Below, piece by piece: positions 47,181 through 57,563 of a DNA stretch of 64,000 bases (its first letter is position 1; the number at the start of each line of letters is the position of its first letter). A model generated the notes under the pieces. The model was not told where the DNA came from and made no database searches. It saw only the letters and a list, made by a program, of their open reading frames with translations. The stretch is taken from positions 18,170-82,169 of IMG/VR virus record IMGVR_UViG_3300004807_000018; one strand, given 5' to 3'. Origin of the DNA: a virus. The translations under genes were made by a program, and so were the position numbers.

Positions 47181-47885
47181 GTGAAGAAAGCTGTTTTAAT
47201 GACGGGCGACCAGATCCGAAGCGAGATCGCTGCCAGGGGTCTCAGTTATCCACAGGTGGCGCAACTGCTCAACGCCGCAGGGTTCACACGCAGCCGTGGT
47301 GGAGCGTGGTCAGATGACGCTATTTCTCAGGTGGTCTCAGGCCATCTCAAGCCGACGCCAGAGTTCATCAAGGGGTTATCACAGGTGCTCGATATTCGAG
47401 ATCTGCCACAACCAGCAATTCCAAGTTTCTTGGCAGTCAAAGAATCGACCGCTGAATATAAGCCAGGCATGGCTAAAGCGATCCTGGTGGGCTCTATCGG
47501 GCAAGGAGGCCTAAACGCACAGATGGAGAATCGAAAAGTAGCACGGGTACCAGAATTCGCTGCACACTGCGTCTGCAGCCAAATCCTCGACAACGACTTC
47601 GCCCCGATTTTCGAGACCGGTGATGTCGTCCTCATTAACATGTCGGTCGCAGTCCCTTTGACGGGCAAGGCGTACGCACTGCTCGACACAACGGACGGCA
47701 AAGGACTTTACGGCATCGTGGTCAGAGAGAAAGGTGTGGCAAGTTTCAAATTGACTGATGGGACAATCAAAGAGCTATCGTCCGTGACGATCGAGGGCCG
47801 CATTGACGGGATAATGCCGCAATGGGTTGAAGGCGCGGTCAACGTGCGATTTAATGATCAAGGATACGATTTCGATAACTGGTAA
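47181..47885 (+). CDS. CI-like repressor (HTH plus degenerate S24-like domain)
   Basis: AGGAG SD and GTG start; RGLSYPQVA.LL...ISQVVSG..KP HTH; P.FETGDVVLI S24-like strand. Confidence 0.75.
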   Translation: MKKAVLMTGDQIRSEIAARGLSYPQVAQLLNAAGFTRSRGGAWSDDAISQVVSGHLKPTPEFIKGLSQVLDIRDLPQPAIPSFLAVKESTAEYKPGMAKAILVGSIGQGGLNAQMENRKVARVPEFAAHCVCSQILDNDFAPIFETGDVVLINMSVAVPLTGKAYALLDTTDGKGLYGIVVREKGVASFKLTDGTIKELSSVTIEGRIDGIMPQWVEGAVNVRFNDQGYDFDNW

Positions 47886-47941
47886 ATTTACTTGCTATCA
47901 GTTCCTATCATATAAATTTGCACCAAAATTTGCACCGCATA

Positions 47942-47970
47942 TTGATATTTCCTATATAGCGTCCTATAAT
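47942..47970 (+). promoter_or_regulatory. Sigma70-type early promoter with CTATATAG palindrome in the spacer
   Basis: TTGATA-N17-TATAAT; preceded by two copies of AAATTTGCACC (47914-47936). Confidence 0.75.
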
Positions 47971-48002
47971 AATTGCATCCACTCCGAGAGGGGGATGCAT
48001 CT

Positions 48003-49181
48003 ATGGGACACACAGTCACTGCAACCGTCACCCTATACGTTCTGATCGCACTTGCGATCGAAGCGCTGATCTTCAAGGCGATCTGCCTGGTCGTCCTTGC
48101 GAGGCATTTCAAATCCAGGCACGTCGCCCGCAGACAGACAGTCAAGTGGCGACGATCTGAACTGTTTCAGCCCCTTGAGACTCGCCCAGGCTACGCCGAG
48201 TACCTGTACGAGGCAGAGTTCGGGGCAATGCCTTACGGAGTGCGGCTGTAATGGCCCCACTGCCCACTGCTTCGCCGACCACGGTTTCCGCGTGGCTGGA
48301 CCGGTACGAAGTTAAGCCTGGCGGCACATCCTATGAATCTGCGCTAGGCGAGGCTTGCAGTCTTGCGCTCACAGCCCGCTGCTGCATGTCAGTCGTGTGG
48401 CTTGGCATGCAGCACTGCCCCCAGAAAGGCACCTTTGAGGCGGTCACCGTTCAGGAAGCATACGACTACAACCGTGAGATCGTGGCGGAGTGCTGGCCTG
48501 GTGGCTTCCGCGAGTGGAACGTTTCAGAGGTGGCGGCATGAGTCGCCATCTCAACCTGATCGCCGTCAAGGTGATCTACACCGCGTATATCGACCTTGCG
48601 GTGGTCGAACTCTATGACAGCCGACGCATGGCCTGCCGTGGCTTTGCGAACATCAAAACGTTCGGCGAGCACGCATTTGTTCAGGCCCAGCGAGCAGCGG
48701 TCGAGGCTGCTGCCAGCACTGGAGCGTCAGTCAGCGTTCTGTGGCTTGACGAATCGGTTGTGTTCGCAAACGGAAAGTTTCGAGCCCAGTGCGGGTGCAT
48801 GGAGGCGGCATGAACCTCAGTGAAGCCGCTAGCCACGCTGACCGTGTCGCGTCCTCGATTCGCCGCGTCGTCGTGGTGGTGCCTGACATCAAGTCGGGTG
48901 ACTACGCCCTCGCCAGACCCTACGAGGCTTTCTTTGCAAGGCAGACGGTTCTGTACCGCGCAAAGCCCGGGGCTTCGATGCCGCCCTACTTCTCAAACGA
49001 ATCGCTCGATGCTGCTGCCTTCAGAGACGCCGCAGCTCGCGATGCCCAAGACCGAATTCTCGCCATCTGGCACGACTTGAACGCGATCAGGAACGCACTC
49101 GCAGGCTGGATTAAGCCCGCGATCGGTGCGCTGTTTGCGATCACTGCCCTGCTCGTCGTCCTCGCACTTTTTGGAGAGTAA
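48003..49181 (+). CDS. Four small early hypothetical genes (48003..48251, 48251..48541, 48538..48813, 48810..49181)
   Basis: Stop/start overlaps; GAGG-type SDs. Confidence 0.55.
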
Positions 49182-49183
49182 CC

Positions 49184-49543
49184 ATGAAAACCGTCCTCGT
49201 CCCAACCGCGCGTTTCTGCGCGAAGGCTCCGTCAAACATCGTCGCGGTCGGATACGACTGTGATAACCGAACGCTCGCTGTCGAATTCAAGTCGTCCACG
49301 GGCAGGAAGATCTACCCGTACCTTTCGGTGCCCCTCGAAGTTGCTCAGCAGTTCGTCACTGCTCCATCGCTTGGAGTTTTTCACGCATCGCAGATTAAGG
49401 CGCTTCCGGGCGTCTACGCGACGATCCCGAATGGATACGACGAGAAGTCGATCGCGGAGCGCGTTGCGGACCTCGCTGATTCCGAACCGCTGCCCGAATG
49501 GCTGAGCGTCGTGACCGACCTCCGCGTCCAGGTGCCAGCGTGA
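49184..49543 (+). CDS. KTSC domain protein
   Basis: SNI.AVGYD.....L.VEF......Y.Y..VP......F..APSLG.F...IK. Confidence 0.85.
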   Translation: MKTVLVPTARFCAKAPSNIVAVGYDCDNRTLAVEFKSSTGRKIYPYLSVPLEVAQQFVTAPSLGVFHASQIKALPGVYATIPNGYDEKSIAERVADLADSEPLPEWLSVVTDLRVQVPA

Positions 49544-51486
49544 AGCGCGTCATCCTGCACTCGCTGACGCTGGGCCACTTCGCCGGCATCAAGTCGCTTG
49601 AGATCAAGACGGGCGGCATGGATCTATGTCTCCAGGGCATGAACGGCACCGGCAAAAGCACGATCGCATCGGCGCTCATTTGGCTCTGGACCGGCTTTGA
49701 CGTCGAAGGTCAATCGCTCGGCGCGGACATTAAGACGCTGGTGGGCGACACCCCGATGTCGAAGACCGATCACTGGGCAGAAGCGACGCTCACCGTGGAC
49801 GGCGAGTACGTGACCATCAAGAAGGTCTTCCGCGAGATCTGGACCACCAAGCGAGGCTCAGCAAATTCCGAATTCACGGGTCACGAGACCCAGTGCTTCT
49901 ACGACGAGATCCCAGTCAAGGAAAACGACTACCTCGCGCGGCTTGAGCAGATCTGCCCGGCCCGCTGGCTGCGGTTCCTATTGCAGCCAGAGCACTTCAT
50001 GCAGCGCATCAAGAGCGAAGCAATGCGCTCGGTGCTCATCGAAGTCTGCGGCGATGTCTCTGACCTCGATGTCGCAGCATCGGAGGAGCGCTTTGCGCCC
50101 CTGGCGGCGATCCTGTCCAAGCGCTCCATCGACGACCACCGAAAGGTCTTGAAGTCACGCAAGGATCCTCTCGTCGAAGAGAAGAAGGGCATCCCTGCTC
50201 GAATCGATCAGACACAGCGGCTCATGCCTGAGTTCATCGAAGGTGAGCTCGAAACACAACTCGAACTGAGGAACACGAGACTTCGCGACCTCCAGGCCCA
50301 GCGAGCGCAGTCGAGCGCTTCCGGCGCAGTTGGCGATCTTCAAAACCAGATCCGGTTGCTAAGCGGCGAGGCGATCGACATCGTGAACGCTGCTAAGGTT
50401 AAGCGGGATCCGGCCAGGGCCGAGGCCCTCAAGAAGCAGGCAGACCTCGACGGAAAGATCCGTGAGGCCACAAGCAAGGTTGACCACGTTGAGTCACGCC
50501 TTCGCCAAACGGCTGGCGAACTGGGCGGAATCGAGCGCCAGCTTACTGATCTTCGCGCACAGTACAGGCTGATCTCCGCTGAATCCTACAGTGGCGACGG
50601 TATCTGTCCGACGTGCAAACAGTCCATCCCCGAAGCTGAGGTAGCAGCTAGGACCGAGGCGTTCAACACCGCGAGGGCCACAAAGCTCGATGCCAACCAG
50701 AAACAGGGTAGGGCGCTGGCAGCTACCAAGACGGAACTAACTACCAAGACCGAGGCGCTCGGCAAAGAGTTGGAATCCGCGAAGGCTGGACTCGCAGGCC
50801 TCCAGGCGGAGCGCTCGGCACTGGTGATCCCGAGTGAGGTCGTGGTGGACCCGGCACAGGATCCTCGCTACATCGAGATCCAGGAAAAGCTTCAACTCAT
50901 CGAGAAGCAGAAAGCGGACCTACTCGCAGGATCGGGGAGCGCAACTGCCGAGATCGACGCGAAGATTGCTCGTCGCCAAACGGAGATCAACGAAGCTGCT
51001 GCGGCGATTCGCAGCAATCAGGAACGTCTTCGCTACGAGCAAGAGATCGAAAAGCTATCGGAACGAGAGAAAGCGCTAGGCGCAGAACTTGAGACGATCG
51101 ACGCCGAGATTTTCCTTTGCGAGGACTTTGTCCGCGCTAAGGTCCGGCTGCTCACCGAGCGCATCAATAGCCGTTTCTCGCTGTGCAAATTCACCCTGTT
51201 CCAAGACCAGATCAACGGGGGACTGAAGGAAGTTTGCATCGTTGTCAAGAAGAACGGCATTCCACCCAGCCACGGCGAATCCGTGAACTGTGGGCTCGAC
51301 GTCATCAACGCGATTAGCGAGCACGTTGGCGTGAGCCTCCCCATCGTCATCGAGAACTCCGAGGCGGTCAGCGCATTCCTGCGCACAACCGGGCAGCAGA
51401 TCCGGCTGAGACACGACGACTCCATCGAAGAACTCGAAATCCGCACCTTTGACCGAGAGTCAAAGCGCGAACTCCTTTTCGCCTGA
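49540..51486 (+). CDS. Rad50/SbcC-like AAA ATPase
   Basis: L.HFAGIK, G.NGTGKST, long coiled coil, central CPTCKQ zinc hook, PIVIENSEAV. Confidence 0.88.
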   Translation: MKRVILHSLTLGHFAGIKSLEIKTGGMDLCLQGMNGTGKSTIASALIWLWTGFDVEGQSLGADIKTLVGDTPMSKTDHWAEATLTVDGEYVTIKKVFREIWTTKRGSANSEFTGHETQCFYDEIPVKENDYLARLEQICPARWLRFLLQPEHFMQRIKSEAMRSVLIEVCGDVSDLDVAASEERFAPLAAILSKRSIDDHRKVLKSRKDPLVEEKKGIPARIDQTQRLMPEFIEGELETQLELRNTRLRDLQAQRAQSSASGAVGDLQNQIRLLSGEAIDIVNAAKVKRDPARAEALKKQADLDGKIREATSKVDHVESRLRQTAGELGGIERQLTDLRAQYRLISAESYSGDGICPTCKQSIPEAEVAARTEAFNTARATKLDANQKQGRALAATKTELTTKTEALGKELESAKAGLAGLQAERSALVIPSEVVVDPAQDPRYIEIQEKLQLIEKQKADLLAGSGSATAEIDAKIARRQTEINEAAAAIRSNQERLRYEQEIEKLSEREKALGAELETIDAEIFLCEDFVRAKVRLLTERINSRFSLCKFTLFQDQINGGLKEVCIVVKKNGIPPSHGESVNCGLDVINAISEHVGVSLPIVIENSEAVSAFLRTTGQQIRLRHDDSIEELEIRTFDRESKRELLFA

Positions 51487-51523
51487 TCTTCAGGCCCAGA
51501 CCATTCCAAGAGAGGAACCACTT

Positions 51524-52579
51524 ATGTCAACAGCAACTCAGACTCGAAGCGCAGCAACAAACAACGGCAGACCAAACGGCGAGACTGCACCTCCCCAGGA
51601 TCCGCAGCAGGTGTCCGAGAGTTCTCGAAGTAGCCGATTCCTAGTCATGGTCGAGCAGCAGTTTTCCGCAGCTAGCGGCTCGGAAGTGCGCTACACCGAT
51701 CAAGAGAAGGCCTTGGCGCTGAACCTCTTTGCCAAGATCGACTTGTCGCTCAAGAAGCTTGAGGCTGACCGGTTATCGAAGAACAGCCAAGCGACGCCTA
51801 TCACCTGGGCAAACATCAACATGGACAGCCTGGCCATGCAGGCGTACGCCTTGGTCAAGCGCAAGGTCGACGCGCTCCAAAAGAACTACGTCCATGTGGT
51901 GCCACGGTGGATCACTTCGCTTCAGAAGTACGAAGTCGAACTTCAACTCGGGTTCATGGGCAGGCTCTTCGTCTGCCAGAAGTACAGCACTCACCCGATC
52001 GACTCGATTACGATCCTGCCGATCCACGAAGGGCAGAGACTGAGGCCCCTATTCAAGAGCCAGTCGAACCCGATCGAGGGCTACGACATTGTCACACCCG
52101 AGGATTTCGACTACCTCAATCCAGGACGAATCGCAGGCGGCATCGGCTACATCTCGTACAACGAGCCAACAAGGAACAGGCTTGTGCTGATCACCATGCG
52201 CGACCTCGAGCGCTCGCGCAAAGCATCTCCTAGCAAAGGGGCCATGTGGGGCGGACTGCTTGAGGATGGCCAGGTCGCACAAAACGAGAGCTACGACAAG
52301 ATGGCTTACAAGACGTTTGTGCACCGCACATGCGATGCCATCGTGCTGGATCCTTCAGTCGTTGCCGATCTGGGCCAGATGATTGGCACTGACGACGTCG
52401 AAGACGTGATTGAGGACGTCCAGGCGAGCGCATCAGCCGAGGCAAACGCCCGCACGATGTCAATCCCTGCCGTGGCCGAAAGTGTCGTCACGATGCCGAG
52501 CGTGCCTGCTGAGCCCGAGAAGGCCCCAGTCGCGTCTGGACAGCCTAGCCTGACAACCGACGAGGATCCAGGCTACTAA
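51524..52579 (+). CDS. recT: RecT-family single-strand annealing protein
   Basis: LGFMG, G.I.GG.GY, W......M..KT motifs; position between the AAA ATPase and MBL genes. Confidence 0.75.
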   Translation: MSTATQTRSAATNNGRPNGETAPPQDPQQVSESSRSSRFLVMVEQQFSAASGSEVRYTDQEKALALNLFAKIDLSLKKLEADRLSKNSQATPITWANINMDSLAMQAYALVKRKVDALQKNYVHVVPRWITSLQKYEVELQLGFMGRLFVCQKYSTHPIDSITILPIHEGQRLRPLFKSQSNPIEGYDIVTPEDFDYLNPGRIAGGIGYISYNEPTRNRLVLITMRDLERSRKASPSKGAMWGGLLEDGQVAQNESYDKMAYKTFVHRTCDAIVLDPSVVADLGQMIGTDDVEDVIEDVQASASAEANARTMSIPAVAESVVTMPSVPAEPEKAPVASGQPSLTTDEDPGY

Positions 52580-53310
52580 TGATCCACTTCGAGCCCCTTG
52601 CGAGCTCGTCCGCAGGATGCGCATACCGCGTGTCCTGCGGATCCCACTCCATCCTTTTGGACGCCGGGATGACGATCAAATCGCTTCAGATTGCGCTTGG
52701 ATTTCGAATCTCGGCGCTATCTGGATGCCTTTTGTCTCACGCGCACGGTGATCACAGCAGGGCCATTTACGCGCTGATGGAGAAGGGACTCGACGTTTAC
52801 GCTCACGAGGGCACATGGAGTTCGATCGCTTCAACCAAACAGGTATCGCAGGTTAGGAAGAAGGTGGTCACCGCGGATCAGCGCTTTTCAGTGGGGGCCT
52901 GGACCGTAAGCGCATTCGAAGCCGTCCATGATTGCCCCGGAACCCTTGGGTTCGTGATCGACAGTCCTGAGGGAGACAGGCTGCTGTATCTCACGGACTC
53001 CGTGTACAGCAAGGTCACGTTCCCAGGGCTCACCCACCTCGCGGTGGAATGCAACCACAGCATCGAGATCGTGCGACGCAACGTAGACCTCGGATTCCTC
53101 GACAAGGAAAGGGCCACGAGGACCCTGCAGACGCACATGTCGATCGAGCGCCTTGAAGATCTGCTTCGCGCAAACGACCTTTCGCGCGTGGAGTCGATCT
53201 GGCTGCTCCACCTGAGCAATGGCAACTCCAACGAAGCGGAGTTCAAGAACCGAATTGTCAAGCTGACCGGAGTTCCGGTCCACGTCGCAGCCGAGAGGGG
53301 GAACTCATGA
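52579..53310 (+). CDS. Metallo-beta-lactamase-fold nuclease
   Basis: LASSSAG, LSHAHGDH, HD, TD, ECNH, HMS, LLHLS. Confidence 0.9.
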   Translation: MIHFEPLASSSAGCAYRVSCGSHSILLDAGMTIKSLQIALGFRISALSGCLLSHAHGDHSRAIYALMEKGLDVYAHEGTWSSIASTKQVSQVRKKVVTADQRFSVGAWTVSAFEAVHDCPGTLGFVIDSPEGDRLLYLTDSVYSKVTFPGLTHLAVECNHSIEIVRRNVDLGFLDKERATRTLQTHMSIERLEDLLRANDLSRVESIWLLHLSNGNSNEAEFKNRIVKLTGVPVHVAAERGNS

Positions 53311-54632
53311 GCTTTGCGGGTATTCAATCAAGCGTTTCGCTGTCGGCCAGTCAAGCGTCAGCACTGGGGCTCATTCGGCAGAGGATTAAGGAAGGCGAGC
53401 CCTGCGTCATCTTCGTCACGGGCAAAGCTGGCACCGGGAAGAGCACCGTCATCCACGCGATCAAACGGGCTTTCCGTGTGGTCACCGTGGCACCAACGGG
53501 CCTTGCCGCCTTGAACGTTGGCGGCGAAACTCTTCACCGCTTTTTCGCGATACCGATCGGGCTCACAGATCCATTTAAGGCTAAGCCACTGAGGGAAGGC
53601 AGACGCAAGCTGCTGATGGCGATCGACGCTTTGGTCATTGATGAGATTTCAATGGCGCGGGCCGACGTTATCGACGCAGTGTCCGCGGTCATGTCTGCGA
53701 CCCTTCAGGACCCCAGGCCCTTCGGCGGCAAGCCGGTCATCGTGGTGGGCGACATGTGGCAGCTTGAACCCGTCGCGCCCCGCAGTGGCGAAGAATCGTC
53801 CTGGTTCTACGATCTGTACGAGTCCACGTTCTGGTTCGACGCACGGGTGTTCAAAGGCACCCCATCATCGCTTGGGCTCGATACCGTTCAGATCGAAATC
53901 TGCGAGCTGACCGAGATGTTCCGTCAGTCGGACGAGAACTTCAAGGACGCCCTGAACCTTATCCGCATCGGAGATCCTGAGGGCCTCCGGCACATCAACA
54001 GCCGCGCTGGCGCAACCTGGAAGGGCACGCAGCCCATTTGCTTGACGCTCACCAACGCCAAGGCAGACTCCATCAACGAGCAGTGCCTTTCAAGGCTGAC
54101 TGACGAGGCTGAGGTTTTTACGGCCGTAGTCTCCGGAGACTTTCGCGAGTCCGAGTATCCCCTTCCCCTGGAACTGACACTGAAGCAGGGTTCGCGGGTC
54201 ATGGTCGCTCGAAACCTGATGATTGACGGCGCACTTGTGAGCAATGGCTCACTCGGCAAAATCTTGTCGATCGACGGTGACGAGGTGAGAGTTGCGCTTG
54301 ACGATGGAAGGGAGTGCGCAATCAAGCCCGTGGAGTGGGAAAAGACCACCTTTGGGGTCACCGATAGCGGAGAACTCACGAACACGGCGACAGGCAAATT
54401 TAAGCAGATTCCGCTGCGACTCGCGTACGCCGTGACAGGTCACAAGGCTCAGGGGCAGACGCTCGATTCAGCCTATCTCGCACTTGAGAGGCCCACCTTT
54501 GCGCATGGACAGCTTTACGTTTCGCTCTCGCGCGTTCGGACCATCGAGGGGCTGTTCCTCGACCGGAAGCTAACCGCCCGGGACATCGTCGTGAATCCGC
54601 GAGTCGTCGAGTTCGCCGGAGGATTCCTATGA
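53307..54632 (+). CDS. Pif1/RecD-like SF1B helicase
   Basis: TGKAGTGKS, APTG.AA, IDEISM, GD.WQL.PV, FRQ, PLRLAYAVT.HK.QGQT, GQLYVSLSR. Confidence 0.93.
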   Translation: MSFAGIQSSVSLSASQASALGLIRQRIKEGEPCVIFVTGKAGTGKSTVIHAIKRAFRVVTVAPTGLAALNVGGETLHRFFAIPIGLTDPFKAKPLREGRRKLLMAIDALVIDEISMARADVIDAVSAVMSATLQDPRPFGGKPVIVVGDMWQLEPVAPRSGEESSWFYDLYESTFWFDARVFKGTPSSLGLDTVQIEICELTEMFRQSDENFKDALNLIRIGDPEGLRHINSRAGATWKGTQPICLTLTNAKADSINEQCLSRLTDEAEVFTAVVSGDFRESEYPLPLELTLKQGSRVMVARNLMIDGALVSNGSLGKILSIDGDEVRVALDDGRECAIKPVEWEKTTFGVTDSGELTNTATGKFKQIPLRLAYAVTGHKAQGQTLDSAYLALERPTFAHGQLYVSLSRVRTIEGLFLDRKLTARDIVVNPRVVEFAGGFL

Positions 54633-55156
54633 GCGTAGATCTGTCACGGCACGAAGGCCACACGCCCGGCAAGTGGCACTGGACTGGCGATGCCGATCTG
54701 CATTCGCTGCACCTCGGTTCTGACGCATCACGCAGGCCGGTAGTCCTGGCGTTCAGACGCTGGGGCATGGCCCAGGCACAGCCCATATTCAACGTGGGAA
54801 TGCGTCTGGAAGACGCTGCAGACCTCCTGCAGTTTGCGGTTGGCGACCAAAGCGTTCGAGGCTACCAGTCCGCCAAGCGAGACGATTCGGTTTACCGCTA
54901 CACGATCGCGGCGATAGACCACCCGGACGCAAGGCTGATCGAAGATGCTCCACTGCTGAGGGCCGAACTGGTCGCGTTGAGGGAGGAGTACCGGGTGCTC
55001 CACGAAGCGCTGACGAAGCTTGTATTCCACGTCGATTCTGCACTTCCAGCACTTCGCGCTTATCCAGGCACTTTGCCTGAAGCGCAGACCCTGAAATACC
55101 GCGCCAGGCAGGCTTGCGAGGCTGCAGACGAATCCCTGAGGAGGATCAAAGGCTAA
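54629..55156 (+). CDS. Hypothetical protein (HTPG.W...DARLI..AP type)
   Basis: Common phage motif pair. Confidence 0.6.
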   Translation: MSVDLSRHEGHTPGKWHWTGDADLHSLHLGSDASRRPVVLAFRRWGMAQAQPIFNVGMRLEDAADLLQFAVGDQSVRGYQSAKRDDSVYRYTIAAIDHPDARLIEDAPLLRAELVALREEYRVLHEALTKLVFHVDSALPALRAYPGTLPEAQTLKYRARQACEAADESLRRIKG

Positions 55157-56337
55157 TGGCCAGCAAATCAAAAATCGAGTGGACGGACTCGACATGGAAT
55201 TCGATTTACGGTTGCTCGAAGGTGTCCGAGGGCTGCCGAAACTGCTACGCGATCCGTGAGGCGCACATGCACGCGGGCCACCCGATCGCAAAGCTAAGCG
55301 ACAGGTTCAAGGGCCTCACCAAACTGATCGGCGGCAAGCCTGAGTGGACAAATCAGGTGAACCTCTGGCCAGGTGGGCTTCTCGCTCCGCTACGGTGGAA
55401 GGATCCGCGCAAGATCTTCGTGAACTCGCAGAGCGACACGTTCCACCCTGACGTGCCGTTCGAGTACATCGACAAGATTTTCGCGGTGATGGCGCTTTGC
55501 CCTCAGCACACATTCCAAGTGCTGACGAAGAGGCCAGAGCGAGCAGCGCAGTATCTGTCAGAGCGAGTGCAGATCAACTATTCGGACCCAAACACAGGTG
55601 CGTCAACTAGACCATCGACGATGACCCGTGGCGAGTGGATCGGGATGCATCTTAGGGGCACCGATGCTGACCCTTACTGGGGCACAAAAGCAGAACGCGA
55701 GAGGATCGTTTCCATCGGGTGCTCGATGCAGTTTGGTGGCCAGAACTGGCCGCTGCCTAACGTGTGGCTTGGGACGAGCTGCGAAAACCAGGCAACAGCG
55801 AACGAGCGGATCCCGCACTTGCTCAGGTGCCCTGCGGCAGTTCGGTTCCTTTCCTGCGAGCCACTTCTAGGGCCGATTGATCTGGACAAATACCTAGTCT
55901 GTAGCACCTGCGAAGGAACTGGCAAGGTCGGGCTCTATTCGGCTGCGGGCCACTTACTTGAAACCGTTGAGTGTGAAACGTGTCTTGGCGGAGATGCGAG
56001 CATCCATTGGGTAATCGCTGGGGGTGAGTCAGGCCCGAAGGCTAGGCCGATGCATCCCGACTGGGTGCGATCGCTCCGTGATCAATGCGGAAGAGCCGGT
56101 GTGCCGTTCCTGTTCAAGCAATGGGGTGAGTGGGCACCAGACAGCGCACTTCCAGACGACTTCGACTCAAACTACTTTCGAACCAAGCTGCCCCGCGAGT
56201 ACGTGACGCCAAAAGGTGAATTTGACGGGCAAGGCATCGAGCCTGGAATCGTAGTCATGAATCGCGTCGGCAAGAAGACTGCCGGTCGCTTGCTCGATGG
56301 GCGCACATGGGACGAGTTCCCAGAGGTGTCGGCATGA
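55156..56337 (+). CDS. Gp37/Gp68 (DUF5131) family radical-SAM-like protein
   Basis: SKIEWTD.TWN...GC.KVS.GC.NCYA, FVNS.SD.FH, QVLTKRP, FLSCEPLLG, WVIAGGESG, FKQWG. Confidence 0.92.
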   Translation: MASKSKIEWTDSTWNSIYGCSKVSEGCRNCYAIREAHMHAGHPIAKLSDRFKGLTKLIGGKPEWTNQVNLWPGGLLAPLRWKDPRKIFVNSQSDTFHPDVPFEYIDKIFAVMALCPQHTFQVLTKRPERAAQYLSERVQINYSDPNTGASTRPSTMTRGEWIGMHLRGTDADPYWGTKAERERIVSIGCSMQFGGQNWPLPNVWLGTSCENQATANERIPHLLRCPAAVRFLSCEPLLGPIDLDKYLVCSTCEGTGKVGLYSAAGHLLETVECETCLGGDASIHWVIAGGESGPKARPMHPDWVRSLRDQCGRAGVPFLFKQWGEWAPDSALPDDFDSNYFRTKLPREYVTPKGEFDGQGIEPGIVVMNRVGKKTAGRLLDGRTWDEFPEVSA

Positions 56338-56795
56338 GCAGCGGTTGGGCGAAGTTTCGATACAAGCAAGACCTCGCGCACGAGCGGGCAATGCAAACGC
56401 CGGAAGCTGTTCTGGCAAAGCAAACGCAGGACGACTTGGACGACTTGGAGGAAGGCGTCGTCAGATGCCCTCACTGCGGCAACGTCAACCTTAACCATTC
56501 AACGGAGCTTTGCTTCTACTGCGGGAAGTTCCCAGACGAGGTGGCCAGTGCCAGCTAAGAAGCCTTTCCCTGTTTATGACCGAAGCATGGGCTACGTCGA
56601 ATACGAACCGGCACAGACGGTGATCATCGCCGGTAGGCCTCGCCACCAAATCATCTACTGCAACGCAGCCGTAGAGCAGGCCTACATCCACGAAGACCGC
56701 ATCAACGATTCCCTTCGCAAGAAGCGCGAAGAAAGGGCTACAGCGGGAACGACGGCCATGGAGGTCTTTGGCCAGCAGTCCGCAAAGGTGAAAGC

Positions 56796-57563
56796 ATGAA
56801 CCTGAACGAGATTAAAGAACGCGGGATCCTGATGAGTGCCCCGATGGCGCTCGCGATTGCCGAAGACCGGAAGACGATAACCAGGCGCGTCACGAAGCCG
56901 CAGCCGAAACCAGGTGACTTCAACCATTGAGTCCTCACCAGAGCCTATGACTGGCAGATCGACGATCAGGGATTCCTGCACGGCTTAGTGGCCGGCGATC
57001 ATGGCTACGAACCCACGACGATGAAGTGCCCATACGGCAGACCCGGTGACCACCTGTGGATCAAGGAAACCTGGACGACAGAAGGCGCTGACGCTCGCCG
57101 GAAGTTCATGGAGAGCGGTGCCATCTCTCCGGAGATCTTATACCGTGCGGATACTGAAACGGCGCGAAAGCTGGGCGACACCTGGAAATGGAACTCTGCG
57201 CTGTTCATGCCTCGCTGGGCCGCGCGATCGACGCGCGAGATCGTTGCCATCCGCGTTGAGAGGGTCCAGCAGATCACCGAAGCCGATGCTCTGGCTGAAG
57301 GCATCCAGATGCACGATGGGCGTTATGGGTTCGGCCCTGACTGCCACAAGTACCACTGGTGCTCACCGGTCCTTGCTTACCGCGAGTTGTGGGATTTCAT
57401 CAACGACTGCCGCAAGCCCGTAAAAGGTCTTGATGGGCAGATCAGTCACTACGTCAGCTACCCCTGGGAGGACGTTCAATACACGCTCGACTACAAGGGC
57501 AAGCCCTGGTACGTCGTCGGCAACCCGTGGGTGTGGGTGATCCAGTTCGGGAGGATTTCATGA
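56796..57563 (+). pseudogene. ASCH/PUA-like phage protein interrupted by one in-frame TGA (56928-56930)
   Basis: KERGILMSAPMA.AI...RKT.TRR in frame with CPYG.PGD.LW.KETW, FMPRWA.R, VERVQ.I.E.DA.AEG and NPWVWVI.F. Confidence 0.8.

Noticed and set aside
56928-56930. Genome-wide stop-codon reassignment (TGA readthrough)
   Set aside because: Many well-defined genes (TerL, DnaB, RusA, MTases) end in TGA at tight gene overlaps; only one internal TGA was found.
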